The notes: a model not told the origin generated them from the letters alone. Shown: positions 26,913 to 37,284, counted from the first letter of the stretch. The stretch: DNA of 64,000 nucleotides from Parcubacteria group bacterium (GCA_003104935.1 PQAE01000004.1:6835-70834), one strand, 5' to 3'. Program-made: numbers and translations.

Positions 26913-28847
26913 TTACACTTCGACAACTACCGGAAGGATCATGGGCCGGCGTTGAGTTTTTTGGTAGATAAACTGTCCCAGACTATTACGCAGAGCATCT
27001 TTGATGTAGGCGTCATTGACTTGAGTGTGCGTCTTGTTATGCTCATTGATGACATTTTTTACCCTGGTACGGATGGTCTCCACGATTTCTTTGTTTTCCC
27101 GCATATAGATAAAGCCACGGGAGATAATGTCGGGCGAGTGCACCAAACGGCCGGATTTGCCGGACATTGTGGCGATCACCACGATCATTCCGTCCTCGGC
27201 CATCATCTGGCGGTCGCGCAGTACTACATTGGACACATCACCGACTCCCAGACCGTCTACAAAGACGTATTCAGAGATCGCTTTTTCTTTGGCGATATGA
27301 GCATTGCGGTTGCGGTCAAACTCAATGATAGCGCCGTTGTCCGGCACAATCACCCTATTTTCCGGCATACCCGCCCGGTAAGCAACCTTGGCGTGAACTT
27401 TGAGGAATGAATGATTGCCATAAACCGGGATATGGTATTTGGGTTTAATCATCTTGATCATATCAAAAAGATCTTCCTGCTTGGCGTGTCCGCCGGCGTG
27501 CACATCCATCATTTTGTAATGGATGACTTCGGCGCCTAAGCGGTAGAGGTTATCTTTTAGTCTCTGTACCGATCTTTCGTTTCCTGGAATGACTGAAGAG
27601 GAAAAGACGATAGTGTCGCCTTTTTCCACCTTGAGAGTTTTGTGTTCGCGGTTAGCGATACGCATCAGCACGGCGTTGTCTTCGCCCTGGGCGCCGGTGC
27701 AGAGAATGATAATTTTATTATCCGGATAATGACGCATATCTTTGAGTGTGATCAGAGTGCCGCGGCGCACCTTCATATAGCCGAGAGTTTGAGCTAATTC
27801 AACATTGCGTTTCATGCCGTAGCCCTCGATCACTACCTTTTTTTCCAGTTTTTCAGCGGCCCAGATTATCTGCTGGATACGGCCGAGTAGAGAGGCAAAG
27901 GTGCCGATGATCACCCGGCTCGGCGCATCTTTCAGGATTTTGTCGATATTTCCCTGGATCTCGTATTCTTTGAGCTGATGCCCTTCCTGGGTGGCGTTGG
28001 TGGAATCAGCCATCAGTGCCAGGACATTTTGTCGGCCTAGGCCGATAATTTTATCCATCTCCGTCGGTACATCGCCTGAGCTTTTGCTGTCCAACTTAAA
28101 GTCGCCGGTATGGACAATCTTGCCCAGCGGAGTGTCTATAATGACGCCCAGAGAACCGGGAATATTGTGGCTGACTCCATAAAAACTGATCTTGAACTTA
28201 CCCAAAACCAAAACTGTGTCGCTGGTAATAGATTTTAATTTGAGTGCCTGTTTGTTTTCATAATCTTCCTGGCGCTTGGCGATGATGCCTAGAGTCAGCG
28301 GCGTGCCGTAAATAGTCGGATTGCCTAGCACCGGAATCAGGTGGGGAATGGCGCCGATATGATCATAGTGTCCGTGGGTGATAATCACGCCGCGGATATT
28401 TTTTTCTTTTCCCTTGAGATAGGAAATATTAGGGATGATATAGTCAATGCCTGGCATGTCTTCTTCCGGCCACTGCAGACCCATGTCTACGATGACTATA
28501 TCCTGGTCGTATTCAAAGACGGTCATATTGCGGCCAACCTCCTCACAACCGCCAATGGGTATAACGCGCAGTTTAAGATCGCCGCGGGGCGCCTCTGGTC
28601 GGGGAGAGGGCTTATTAAAGGCAATTTCCGTTTTAGGGCGCGGCGTATTCTTGGCGCCTGAGTAATTTTTGGCAAAATTCGCCTGGCGGCGACCCGGACG
28701 GTTGTCGTTTTTTTTGCCCTGATAGTGGCCTGGTTGATTGCGGCGTTTGCCGTGGCTAAAATGGCCCTTGGGGGCGCTGCCACTGACTTTTTTATCGGGA
28801 TGGGAAATGGATAAAAGGCTATCAGTCGTATCTTTCGTTACTTTCAT
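26913..28847 (-). CDS. rnj: ribonuclease J (MBL/beta-CASP) with ~90-aa basic N-terminal extension
   Basis: IPIGGCEEVGRNMTVFEY, GVIITHGHYDHIGAIPHL, and beta-CASP and C-terminal domains. N-terminal K/R/P/G-rich low-complexity extension. Confidence 0.9.
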   Translation of the reverse strand: MKVTKDTTDSLLSISHPDKKVSGSAPKGHFSHGKRRNQPGHYQGKKNDNRPGRRQANFAKNYSGAKNTPRPKTEIAFNKPSPRPEAPRGDLKLRVIPIGGCEEVGRNMTVFEYDQDIVIVDMGLQWPEEDMPGIDYIIPNISYLKGKEKNIRGVIITHGHYDHIGAIPHLIPVLGNPTIYGTPLTLGIIAKRQEDYENKQALKLKSITSDTVLVLGKFKISFYGVSHNIPGSLGVIIDTPLGKIVHTGDFKLDSKSSGDVPTEMDKIIGLGRQNVLALMADSTNATQEGHQLKEYEIQGNIDKILKDAPSRVIIGTFASLLGRIQQIIWAAEKLEKKVVIEGYGMKRNVELAQTLGYMKVRRGTLITLKDMRHYPDNKIIILCTGAQGEDNAVLMRIANREHKTLKVEKGDTIVFSSSVIPGNERSVQRLKDNLYRLGAEVIHYKMMDVHAGGHAKQEDLFDMIKMIKPKYHIPVYGNHSFLKVHAKVAYRAGMPENRVIVPDNGAIIEFDRNRNAHIAKEKAISEYVFVDGLGVGDVSNVVLRDRQMMAEDGMIVVIATMSGKSGRLVHSPDIISRGFIYMRENKEIVETIRTRVKNVINEHNKTHTQVNDAYIKDALRNSLGQFIYQKTQRRPMILPVVVEV

Positions 28848-28873
28848 GAATGTAATTTAATTTTTAAGATTGA

Positions 28874-30751
28874 TTATTTAGCTAAGACTCTTTTAGTTTT
28901 GATATACCAAGAGTTGATATTGTCAAATCTATCCGCCGGCAAATTGATAAAGCGCAATTGGTCTAGGCCCTTGAGCTTGGCGCTAGTCGGGTAGATATAA
29001 GTGGGATTATATAAAAAGATGGCAAAGTTTAATTCGATTAGTTTGGTTTGAAAATTTTTCAGCGGTTCTATTTTTTGGTCCTCGGCTTTGGCAATGCGGA
29101 TCTGGTCGAGATATTTGTCTATATCTTTATTTGAAAAAATGCTTAAGTTTAGCCCGGGATTTTGGGTCTGGCTGGAATGCCAGAAAGGATAGGGACCAGA
29201 GCTGGTGTTGATCACCTGCCCGTAAAGTAGGGCTTCGTATTGGCGTGGTTCGATCACATTTTGGCGGATTTTATCTTTGGAAACGATTTCCAAATCAGTG
29301 CGTACGCCGATCGCTTCCCAATTTTCCTTGATTATGGCCACAGCCTTGACGGTTTCAGTCTGATCCACAGTGGTCAGCTTAATAGCTAAATCCACTAGAT
29401 CATTGCCATTTTTTTTCTGCCGGAAAGTCTGGCCTTCAGCGATAGTCCATCCCAGGTCGCTAAGAATTTTTTTGGCTTGGTCCGGATCATATTGCGGGCC
29501 TTTGATAGCCGCATCATATCCGGTCAGCCCCGGTAATATCGGCGTGTCGATAATTTGTCCGTCATTGTTGAGCACCTCGGTTAAAACGCGGTTTTTATTG
29601 ACCGCCAGCGCCAATGCCGAGCGCAGTTTGTCGTCTTCTAGCAACTTGTTGTTTTTGGGATTATAGAAAACAGCGGTGTATTGGGGTAATTGTAGATTAT
29701 GGAATTGGGTTTGTCCGCCCCTGACCTGATTTTTGTATTCCTTGGGCAAAAAACTTAATCCTTCTACGTTTTTATTTTCCAGAGCGGTCACGCCGGCGGA
29801 AAAATCGGCAAAAAATTTAAAATTTAATTCCTTGATGTAGGGAGCGCCGAAATGATAGTGGTCGTAGGCCTCCAAGGTATAGGTTTTGATATTGCCGCTG
29901 GCATCGCGGGAGAGCGATTTAAATCTATATGGCCCGGAACCGATCGGCTTGGTGTTTAACTCGGCTAAGGAAGCGCCGAAGGCCGGGATGCTGTACCAGA
30001 GATGTTCCGGTATCAGTCCCACGGTCAGTGCCGACAAAAAAGGCGCGAAGGGTTTGGTTAAAATGAATTGGACCGTAGTATCATTTATTTTTTTTACCGT
30101 GACGCCGTTGAAACTGTTTCTAAAAGGACTGCCGAAATCCGGGTTTTTTATACTAGCTACAGTGAAGATTACGTCATCGACGGTGATGGGCTGGTCATCG
30201 TGCCAGCGGAGGTTGTTTTGTAGTTCAAAAGTGTAAGTAGTTTGCTCGGCGTTAATCTTGTAGGCTTTGGCCAAATCGGGAATAATATTGCCTTGCTGGT
30301 CGTATTTAAGCAATCCGGAATAAACCAATTTGACCAGGTCCCGGTCGGCATCAGTTGAAACTAGGATGGGATTGATCAATCGGGGAACGCCGATGAGCCC
30401 TTCAGTGTAACTGCCGCCCTGGGCGGGTAATAGAGTGGAGTGTCGGGCATAGGCCCGCCAGGAAAAAATCGCCAGCGAACTGACTAATATCAGCAACGCT
30501 ATAACCATTTTTATTTTTTCCGTGCGGCGTAAAATCTGTCCGATCTGACGGAGTTGGTGCCAGGAGGGCCAGCTTTTTTTGTTGAGCTGTAGGACCAATT
30601 GTTCGTTGATATCGATGGGAGCATCCTCCTGGGGTTTTATTCGGCGGAGCAGGCTAAAAATACCGCTGAACAGGCGACCGGTTTTTTTTGCTATAAGAAA
30701 AATAATGAGTTTTAACGGCCGAGCGATTTTAGTAATTCGGCCGTTTTCCAA
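28874..30751 (-). CDS. ABC-type substrate-binding protein, family 5 (OppA/DppA-like), N-terminally membrane anchored; no cognate permease nearby
   Basis: 625 aa. SBP_bac_5-like core (GGSYTEGLIGVPRLINPI...YSGLLKYDQQGNIIPDLA...RWHDDQPITVDDV). N-terminal TM segment. Confidence 0.55.
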   Translation of the reverse strand: MENGRITKIARPLKLIIFLIAKKTGRLFSGIFSLLRRIKPQEDAPIDINEQLVLQLNKKSWPSWHQLRQIGQILRRTEKIKMVIALLILVSSLAIFSWRAYARHSTLLPAQGGSYTEGLIGVPRLINPILVSTDADRDLVKLVYSGLLKYDQQGNIIPDLAKAYKINAEQTTYTFELQNNLRWHDDQPITVDDVIFTVASIKNPDFGSPFRNSFNGVTVKKINDTTVQFILTKPFAPFLSALTVGLIPEHLWYSIPAFGASLAELNTKPIGSGPYRFKSLSRDASGNIKTYTLEAYDHYHFGAPYIKELNFKFFADFSAGVTALENKNVEGLSFLPKEYKNQVRGGQTQFHNLQLPQYTAVFYNPKNNKLLEDDKLRSALALAVNKNRVLTEVLNNDGQIIDTPILPGLTGYDAAIKGPQYDPDQAKKILSDLGWTIAEGQTFRQKKNGNDLVDLAIKLTTVDQTETVKAVAIIKENWEAIGVRTDLEIVSKDKIRQNVIEPRQYEALLYGQVINTSSGPYPFWHSSQTQNPGLNLSIFSNKDIDKYLDQIRIAKAEDQKIEPLKNFQTKLIELNFAIFLYNPTYIYPTSAKLKGLDQLRFINLPADRFDNINSWYIKTKRVLAK

Positions 30752-30772
30752 GTTGGGCGAAATATTTTTTGC

Positions 30773-30994
30773 TTAATTACCAATAAAGAGATTAGCCAAA
30801 GCAGTGGCTAAAAATAAGACACAAAGGATGATGGTCAGGCGGAAAATCGTTTTTTCCGCGCCCCGTTTGGTGCGGTAGACGGCACTATCGCCGCCAAAAG
30901 CCGATCCTAAACCAGATCCCTTTTGTTGTAGTAAAATGGAGATAATCAAAAGAATAGAGATGACGATCTGAATGATGTATAGGGTATTTTTCAT
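30773..30994 (-). CDS. secG: preprotein translocase subunit SecG
   Basis: 73 aa, two TM helices, LLQQKGSGLGSAFGG signature. Confidence 0.85.
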   Translation of the reverse strand: MKNTLYIIQIVISILLIISILLQQKGSGLGSAFGGDSAVYRTKRGAEKTIFRLTIILCVLFLATALANLFIGN

Positions 30995-31208
30995 TGTCTA
31001 GAAGTGTTATAACTTTTAATATACTATCAAAAATTTCTATCCTTGTCAAGCCTGATTCTTTAGCATGCAAGTTCTTAGCGGCCATGTCTTTGAAGTTATA
31101 TCCTTTTTTTGGAAAATTTCTAGGCCGCTCCTGGCAGAGCACACGATACTTATTGACGGCACAGCATTGTTGTGCTATCCTAGTCAGGATTATATTCTCC
31201 AAATAAAT

Positions 31209-34061
31209 ATGCCCAAATTTATCACTATCAAAGGAGCCAAGGTACATAATCTTAAGAATATTGATGTAAAAATTCCGCGTGATAAATTGACCGTCATCAC
31301 TGGTTTGTCCGGCTCGGGCAAATCTTCTTTGGCTTTTGATACTATTTATGCCGAAGGCCAACGCCGTTATGTGGAGTCATTATCTACCTATGCCAAACAA
31401 TTTTTGGATTTGATGGATAAGCCCGATGTGGAACAAATTGATGGTTTGTCGCCGGCTATTTCTATTGATCAGCATTCTACCTCGCGCAATCCGCGCTCCA
31501 CAGTCGGTACCGTTACGGAAATTTATGATTATCTACGCCTGCTATATTCCAAAGTTGGTCAGCCGCACTGCTACAAATGCGGCCAGAGGCTCAGCCGGCA
31601 GACTCAGACCGAAATCGTAGCTAAGATCGGCCAGTTGGCTCCTGATGCGGAAATTAGATTTCTGGCTCCGGTAGTGCGGGATAAAAAAGGCGATCACCTC
31701 AAAGCGATCGAAAGAGTGAAATCGGCCGGTTATCGCCAGATTAGATTAGACGGCCAGATTTTTTCTTTAGATAAAATACAGGAGATCAATCCGGATCGCA
31801 ACAAACGGCACACCGTAGAAGTGGTTATTGATAATTTGCGTTTAGACGGTACCAGAACCACCAGAGACAGATTAATTCAAGTAGTTAAAACCGCTTTGGA
31901 TCTGGGCAACGGCTTTATGACCGTGGCTTTGTGGCGAGGCGAAAAGGAATGGGGCTTTAGCCAGCACTTTACCTGCCCGAATCATAACGAAGTGATCTTT
32001 GCCGAGATTGAGCCGCGCAATTTTTCATTTAATAGTCCTCATGGTGCTTGTCCGGATTGTACCGGCTTAGGGACAAAACTGACGGTGGATCCGGAGCTGG
32101 TCATGCCCAATAAAAAACTGTCTCTAGCCGAAGGAGCTATCCGACCCTGGTCACGTACGGCCACCAATCAAAATTGGTACAACGCCGTTTTGGAAGCAGT
32201 AGCAAAGAAATACAAATTTTCTACCCGCGTGCCTATCAGCCAGTTAACCAAGAAACAAATGGAGCTGATACTCTTCGGCACCGGCGAAGAGCAATACAAT
32301 TTAAATTTAATAAATCATAATTTTGCCAGCGACTACCAGACGACTTTTGAAGGAGTGGTCAGTAATCTGCAACGGCGCTATCGCGAGACCGATTCGGACT
32401 ATATCCGTAGCGAGATCGAGCGCTATATGAAAATCGAGCTTTGCCAGAGTTGTCTGGGTAAGCGCCTCAAGCCAGAGTCGCTGAGTATCAAAGTGGCGGA
32501 CAAAAATATTGCCGAGGTCTCGGCGATGAATATCGGACAGCTTTACGGTTTTTTTGGCGGGCTGGCTACAAGCCTAAACGCCGAAGAAAATACGATTGCC
32601 CGCCAAATAGTGCGTGAAGTCCGGGAAAGACTAGGATATTTACGCAATGTCGGTTTGGATTATCTGGCTCTGGACCGAGCGGCCAGTACACTTTCCGGCG
32701 GTGAGGCCCAGCGTATCCGTTTGGCTACCCAGATCGGTTCCTCGCTCACGGGAGTAATTTATATTTTAGACGAGCCCTCGATCGGCTTGCATCAACGGGA
32801 TAATAATAGACTGATCCAGGCTTTGAAACATTTGCGTGATTTAGGCAATACCGTCATTGTGGTTGAGCACGATGAAGAAACTATTCTCTCCGCCGAAAAT
32901 ATTATCGATATCGGACCGGGCGCGGGCAAGCACGGCGGCGAGCTCGTCGCTCAGGGCACACCGGACGCTATCCGCAAAAATCCCAAATCTCTGACCGGCC
33001 AATACCTATCCGGTAAAAAGTCTATCCCGATACCCAAAAAATACCGTCGCGGTAGCGGCAAAGCTATCGTGATTAGCGGCGCCGAAGAATTTAATTTGAA
33101 AAATATTGACGTCTCTTTGCCTTTGGGCAAGTTTGTCAGCATCACCGGAGTATCCGGCTCGGGAAAATCCACTCTAATGACGGAGATTTTAGCCAAAACT
33201 CTGGCCAAACATTTTTATCGGGCAAAAGCGAATCCCGGAAAACACAAGAGTATTACCGGTCTGGAAAATATTGATAAAGTGATTGATATCGATCAGTCAC
33301 CGATTGGCCGCACGCCCCGTTCTAATCCCGCGACCTATACCGGTGTCTTCACTTATATCCGTGATTTATTTGCAGAATTGCCGGAGGCCAAAATCCGTGG
33401 TTACAAAGCCGGACGTTTTAGTTTTAATGTCATGGGTGGCCGCTGTGAGGCCTGCCAGGGTGACGGCGTAATCAAGATTGAAATGAATTTTTTGCCCAAT
33501 GTCTATGTGGAGTGCAAAGAGTGCCGCGGCCGGCGTTATAATAACGAAGCTCTAGACATTCATTATAAAGGTAAAGACATTTCCGAGGTTTTGCAGATGA
33601 CGGCCGACGAGGCCATGCATTTTTTTGATGATGTGCCTAATATTTATAATAAATTAAAAACTTTAGTGGATGTCGGCTTGGGCTATGTCCAGCTGGGTCA
33701 GCCGGCCACGACTCTATCCGGCGGCGAAGCCCAGCGCATCAAATTGGCCACGGAATTATCCCGCCGTTCTTCCGGTCGCACGCTGTATATTTTGGATGAG
33801 CCGACTACCGGTTTGCACTTTGATGACATTAAAAGATTATTGGAAGTTTTGCATCGCCTGGTTGATAAAGGCAATACGGTTTTAGTGATTGAACATAATC
33901 TGGATGTGATCAAGAGCTCGGACTGGATTATAGATCTCGGGCCCGAGGGCGGGGACGGTGGCGGTTATCTTGTAGCCGAAGGCACGCCCGTGCAAGTTGC
34001 CAAGGTAAAGAAAAGTTATACCGGCCAATATTTGGCTAAAATACTGGCTAAGAAGAAATAA
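31209..34061 (+). CDS. uvrA: excinuclease ABC subunit A
   Basis: [59 protein letters not shown], two ABC ATPase modules, and zinc-finger Cys pairs. Start at the internal ATG 31209. Confidence 0.95.
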   Translation: MPKFITIKGAKVHNLKNIDVKIPRDKLTVITGLSGSGKSSLAFDTIYAEGQRRYVESLSTYAKQFLDLMDKPDVEQIDGLSPAISIDQHSTSRNPRSTVGTVTEIYDYLRLLYSKVGQPHCYKCGQRLSRQTQTEIVAKIGQLAPDAEIRFLAPVVRDKKGDHLKAIERVKSAGYRQIRLDGQIFSLDKIQEINPDRNKRHTVEVVIDNLRLDGTRTTRDRLIQVVKTALDLGNGFMTVALWRGEKEWGFSQHFTCPNHNEVIFAEIEPRNFSFNSPHGACPDCTGLGTKLTVDPELVMPNKKLSLAEGAIRPWSRTATNQNWYNAVLEAVAKKYKFSTRVPISQLTKKQMELILFGTGEEQYNLNLINHNFASDYQTTFEGVVSNLQRRYRETDSDYIRSEIERYMKIELCQSCLGKRLKPESLSIKVADKNIAEVSAMNIGQLYGFFGGLATSLNAEENTIARQIVREVRERLGYLRNVGLDYLALDRAASTLSGGEAQRIRLATQIGSSLTGVIYILDEPSIGLHQRDNNRLIQALKHLRDLGNTVIVVEHDEETILSAENIIDIGPGAGKHGGELVAQGTPDAIRKNPKSLTGQYLSGKKSIPIPKKYRRGSGKAIVISGAEEFNLKNIDVSLPLGKFVSITGVSGSGKSTLMTEILAKTLAKHFYRAKANPGKHKSITGLENIDKVIDIDQSPIGRTPRSNPATYTGVFTYIRDLFAELPEAKIRGYKAGRFSFNVMGGRCEACQGDGVIKIEMNFLPNVYVECKECRGRRYNNEALDIHYKGKDISEVLQMTADEAMHFFDDVPNIYNKLKTLVDVGLGYVQLGQPATTLSGGEAQRIKLATELSRRSSGRTLYILDEPTTGLHFDDIKRLLEVLHRLVDKGNTVLVIEHNLDVIKSSDWIIDLGPEGGDGGGYLVAEGTPVQVAKVKKSYTGQYLAKILAKKK

Positions 34062-34073
34062 AAATTATTTTAA

Positions 34074-34151
34074 TACCCCCTCTGTCTCTCGACAAGCTCG
34101 AGACATCTCCCCCCTAATTTAGGGGGAGCGAAAGAGGGGGGGGTATTTTTT
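34074..34151 (+). terminator. nested G/C-tract hairpin terminator (family shared with 1184-1224 and 36826-36902)
   Basis: TACCCCCTCTG...CTCGACAAGCTCGAG...TCCCCCCTAATTTAGGGGGAG...AGAGGGGGGGGTATTTTTTATTTGG. Outer C/G-tract stem, inner hairpins, then a T-run. Confidence 0.6.
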
Positions 34152-34156
34152 ATTTG

Positions 34157-34259
34157 GTCATTCTGGAGCGAAGTCGCGTCTGACACGACGAGCGATAGAA
34201 TCTATGAGATTATATACATATAGACTCTATCGTCGCGCTGAGCGTGACTCCAGAGTGAC
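34157..34259. repeat. long imperfect inverted repeat (~40-50-bp arms) centred on GAGATTATATACAT
   Basis: The left arm GTCATTCTGGAG...CGACGAGCGATAGAATCTAT and the reverse complement of the right arm GTCACTCTGGAG...GCGACGATAGAGTCTAT pair at the outer 12 bp and inner ~16 bp. Confidence 0.55.
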
Positions 34260-34347
34260 AGTGGGGTAGTGTTAATCTATTGACAAAATCAATAAAATGT
34301 GAGGGGCTTCTTTCTTTTTATAAAAATGCCGACGATAGCCATTTACA

Positions 34348-34422
34348 GTCATTGCGAGGAGCTTAGGCGACGACGCAATCTAAAAGCTATGGATTGCCAC
34401 GCCCTAACGGGCTCGCAATGAC
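34348..34422. repeat. structured intergenic repeat, copy B (ATTGCGAGG...GCAATC...GATTGCC-CGCCC-loop-GGGCTCGCAATG)
   Basis: The outer stem ATTGCGAG/CTCGCAAT closes the element. Shares its blocks with copies A and C. Confidence 0.6.
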
Positions 34423-34566
34423 CAAATGCCATGCTGTCGGCATTTTTTTAGAGAGTTTTTAAAAATCCCCCACTTTCCGACGACGCGAGGAGGCTTATTG
34501 TTAGCTTTATTTTTATTGCCAATTCTCGCCAAATTGAGTAATATAAAGGCAAGGAAAATCGCTGTT

Positions 34567-35535
34567 ATGACTGATTTGGAAAAAGCAATTTTAAAAACCA
34601 TCACCTATTTTGATGTTTTTAATTATCCCCTGACAGACTGGGAGATACAGAAGTGGCTTTACAAATATCCTGGCACCACCAAGTTATCGGAAATTCGTAA
34701 TGTATTGGCGAACAGCCAGATTCTAAAAAAAGAATTGATTCTCAGCGAAGGATTTTACAGTTTGCGGGGCCGGGAAAATATTTACTTACAACGTAAACAA
34801 AATAATAATCTGGCGGAAAGAAAATATAACCGGGCCTTGCGTCTGGTTAGGCTCTACCGCTTTGTTCCTTACATCAAGATGGTGGCGGTCTGTAACTCGT
34901 TGTCTTATAGCAATGCGGCTGATGACAGCGACATTGATTTTTTTATCATCACCAAAAAAAATAAGATCTGGATAGCCAGATTCTTGGCGATCATCCTGGT
35001 CGGCCTATCCGGTTTCCGGCCGAGAGTCGGACATACCCGTGATGCCTATTGCCTTAGTTTTTTTATTGACGAGTCCAAACTAGATATTCGCGACCTGTCT
35101 TTGGGCAAGCACGATATCTATTTTACATATTGGCTTCGTCAGCTGATGCCAATTTACAATCCGGCCGGGCTTTATGAAAAATTTTTAGCGGCCAATAGCT
35201 GGACCAATAGTTTTTTGCCAAATGCTTATGCTAATAAATTTGTTCGCGAGGTGACCAGCGGCCAGACCAGCCGACGCTGGCGTAAATTTATCGGCGTGCT
35301 ATTATCTCCGCCTTTTATCAGCCGGGGACTGGATGCCGTTTATCGTCAGCTCCAGATGAGGATCCTGGGGCGCAATCTCAAAGCCATCATCAATATCGAC
35401 ACCCGGGTGGTGGTCAATGATCGCGTCCTCAAGCTGCACAACAATGACCGCCGTGAGTATTTTTATAAAAAATGGAAAGAATTAATTCGCCCTTTATTAG
35501 ATAAATATGAAGAACCTAGCGCACAAATCATTTAA
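34567..35535 (+). CDS. hypothetical protein (possible minimal nucleotidyltransferase-like motif S..DSDIDFFII), conserved next to O-antigen-ligase-like gene
   Basis: Start at the internal ATG 34567 (MTDLEKAIL); the track ORF starts at 34426 inside the repeat region. No confident family. Confidence 0.35.
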   Translation: MTDLEKAILKTITYFDVFNYPLTDWEIQKWLYKYPGTTKLSEIRNVLANSQILKKELILSEGFYSLRGRENIYLQRKQNNNLAERKYNRALRLVRLYRFVPYIKMVAVCNSLSYSNAADDSDIDFFIITKKNKIWIARFLAIILVGLSGFRPRVGHTRDAYCLSFFIDESKLDIRDLSLGKHDIYFTYWLRQLMPIYNPAGLYEKFLAANSWTNSFLPNAYANKFVREVTSGQTSRRWRKFIGVLLSPPFISRGLDAVYRQLQMRILGRNLKAIINIDTRVVVNDRVLKLHNNDRREYFYKKWKELIRPLLDKYEEPSAQII

Positions 35536-36805
35536 ATTTTTTCTGGGATTATTTATCATCCTGATTCCCTGGCAGACCCGCTGGATTTTTTCCTACTGGA
35601 ATATCGGGGCCGAGCCCTGGGAGATCGGTAAACTCAGTCTTTACGGGAGTATGATCGTGCTGCTCCTGGCGGCCATTTTTTTCCTGACTCAGCACCGCGA
35701 AGAACTGAAGCTGTCCAAAAATAAATTTCTTTATTTTGTCTTTGCTTATTCTATCGTCATCGGTCTGTGGTCGCCGTTACCGGCCGTGTCTTTATATTAT
35801 CTGTTGATAGTATATCTGGCCGTACTTTTTGCCCACCTTTGCCGTTTTTTAAACAAGAGAGCCTTGCTTTATATGTTTTTGACTAGTGGCCTAATCCAAG
35901 CTCTCTTAGCTTTACAGCAATCGATCGCGCAACATATCTGGGCAAACAAATGGCTGGGTTTGGCCGAACACCTGCCCAATACACTCGGTACGGCCGTGGT
36001 GGAGCTGGGAAATGAGCGCATCCTGCGGGCTTACGGCGCCCTGCCCCACCCCAACATCCTGGGCGGGTTTTTATTTATGACTATTTTTATCGGCGTCTAT
36101 CTCTGGGTAGATTTTTATCAGCGTGGCGAAAAAGAAAGATGGGGCCAATCATATGTCAGAAAAAATGTCGCCGGATTTTTGTATGTAATCACGACCTTGG
36201 TGGTGGCTACTTATGCTCTGCTGGCGACTTTTTCTCGCAGTGCGGTGCTGGCTCTTTTGGCCAGTTTATTTTCCGTAGCAATCATCAATGTCCTGCGTCG
36301 AAAATGGCTGCGCGTCAGCGTGGTCATCCGCTATGCCATAATCTTTATTATCGTAGTTTTATCTTTTAACGCCTGGTTTGGTGACGCCTGGACTACCCGC
36401 CTACAGGTAGCCGGTCGCTTGGAAGAAAAATCTGTCAAGGAACGATACGGTTCTTTTAATCAGTTTTATACCGCCAGCGGTAAAGACATTTTATTTGGCC
36501 AGGGTATGGCTATGAACACCAAGGTGACCAAAGATCACAATCCGACGGAGGCGGTTTACAATATTCAACCAATTCACGATACTTTTGCGCTGGCCTTAGC
36601 GGAAGTGGGTGTAATTGGTATTTTGCTGATTATCGGTATTTTGAGAATGGTCATCAAAGAAGCGGACGAGATCGACACAGCTTCCACCAGCTTATTATTA
36701 GGGTTGATGGTGATTGGTTTATTTGATCATTATCTCTGGACCACCTGGACCGGTTGGTTGATGATGGTCTTTGGCCTGGTTAATATGTATAAACAGAAGA
36801 AATAG
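35507..36805 (+). CDS. O-antigen ligase/polymerase (Wzy/WaaL)-like polytopic membrane protein
   Basis: 432 aa, ~10 TM segments. Periplasmic loop with AYGALPHPNILGGF and a conserved H/R-containing region typical of the O-antigen ligase family. Confidence 0.5.
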   Translation: MKNLAHKSFKFFLGLFIILIPWQTRWIFSYWNIGAEPWEIGKLSLYGSMIVLLLAAIFFLTQHREELKLSKNKFLYFVFAYSIVIGLWSPLPAVSLYYLLIVYLAVLFAHLCRFLNKRALLYMFLTSGLIQALLALQQSIAQHIWANKWLGLAEHLPNTLGTAVVELGNERILRAYGALPHPNILGGFLFMTIFIGVYLWVDFYQRGEKERWGQSYVRKNVAGFLYVITTLVVATYALLATFSRSAVLALLASLFSVAIINVLRRKWLRVSVVIRYAIIFIIVVLSFNAWFGDAWTTRLQVAGRLEEKSVKERYGSFNQFYTASGKDILFGQGMAMNTKVTKDHNPTEAVYNIQPIHDTFALALAEVGVIGILLIIGILRMVIKEADEIDTASTSLLLGLMVIGLFDHYLWTTWTGWLMMVFGLVNMYKQKK

Positions 36806-36825
36806 TGGAAAACAATTTTTTTAAA

Positions 36826-36902
36826 TACCCCTTCTGATTCTCGCTTCGCTCAAATCTTCTCCCCCTTAGAAAGGGGGGAGATAAAAGGGGTGTTATTATT
36901 TG
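36826..36902 (+). terminator. nested G/C-tract hairpin terminator (family copy 3)
   Basis: TACCCCTTCTG...TCTCCCCCTTAGAAAGGGGGGAG...AAAAGGGGTGTTATTATTTGG. Same architecture and the same ...TATTTGG tail as 34074-34151. Confidence 0.55.
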
Positions 36903-36909
36903 GTTTTTC

Positions 36910-36938
36910 TTGACAAAATAATCTTAGCACTCTATAAT
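36910..36938 (+). promoter_or_regulatory. sigma70-type promoter of groES-groEL (TTGACA-17 nt-TATAAT)
   Basis: TTGACA at 36910-36915, a 17-nt spacer, TATAAT at 36933-36938. Confidence 0.8.
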
Positions 36939-36950
36939 ACAGAGTGCTAA
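36924..36950 (+). promoter_or_regulatory. CIRCE operator (HrcA binding site) TTAGCACTC-N9-GAGTGCTAA
   Basis: Perfect match to the CIRCE consensus, overlapping the -10 box upstream of groES. Confidence 0.9.
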
Positions 36951-37006
36951 TTTTTCGCCCGATGGGCGATCCGCCTTTGGCGGAATTAACCTAAACCAAT
37001 AAAAAT

Positions 37007-37282
37007 ATGAATCTAAAACCATTAGGAGACCGGGCGGTTGTGCGGCCTTTGCCCAAAGAAGAGCTGACTAAATCCGGTTTGATTTTGCCGGAAAATGTCA
37101 GTAAAGATTCCCGTCTAGAAGGCGAGCTGATGGCTATCGGCCAGGGAGAAAAAATCTCTAAACTTGGTCTGAAAGTCGGACAAAAAGTAGTTTTCTCCGA
37201 ATATGGCGGAGCGGAAATAAAAATCGAGGGGCAAGAATATAAGATTATTAATCTGGAAGACCTCTTGGCAGTTATTGAATAA
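37007..37282 (+). CDS. groES: co-chaperonin GroES
   Basis: MNLKPLGDRAVVRPLPKEELTKSGLILPE..., 91 aa. Confidence 0.95.
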   Translation: MNLKPLGDRAVVRPLPKEELTKSGLILPENVSKDSRLEGELMAIGQGEKISKLGLKVGQKVVFSEYGGAEIKIEGQEYKIINLEDLLAVIE

Positions 37283-37284
37283 TC

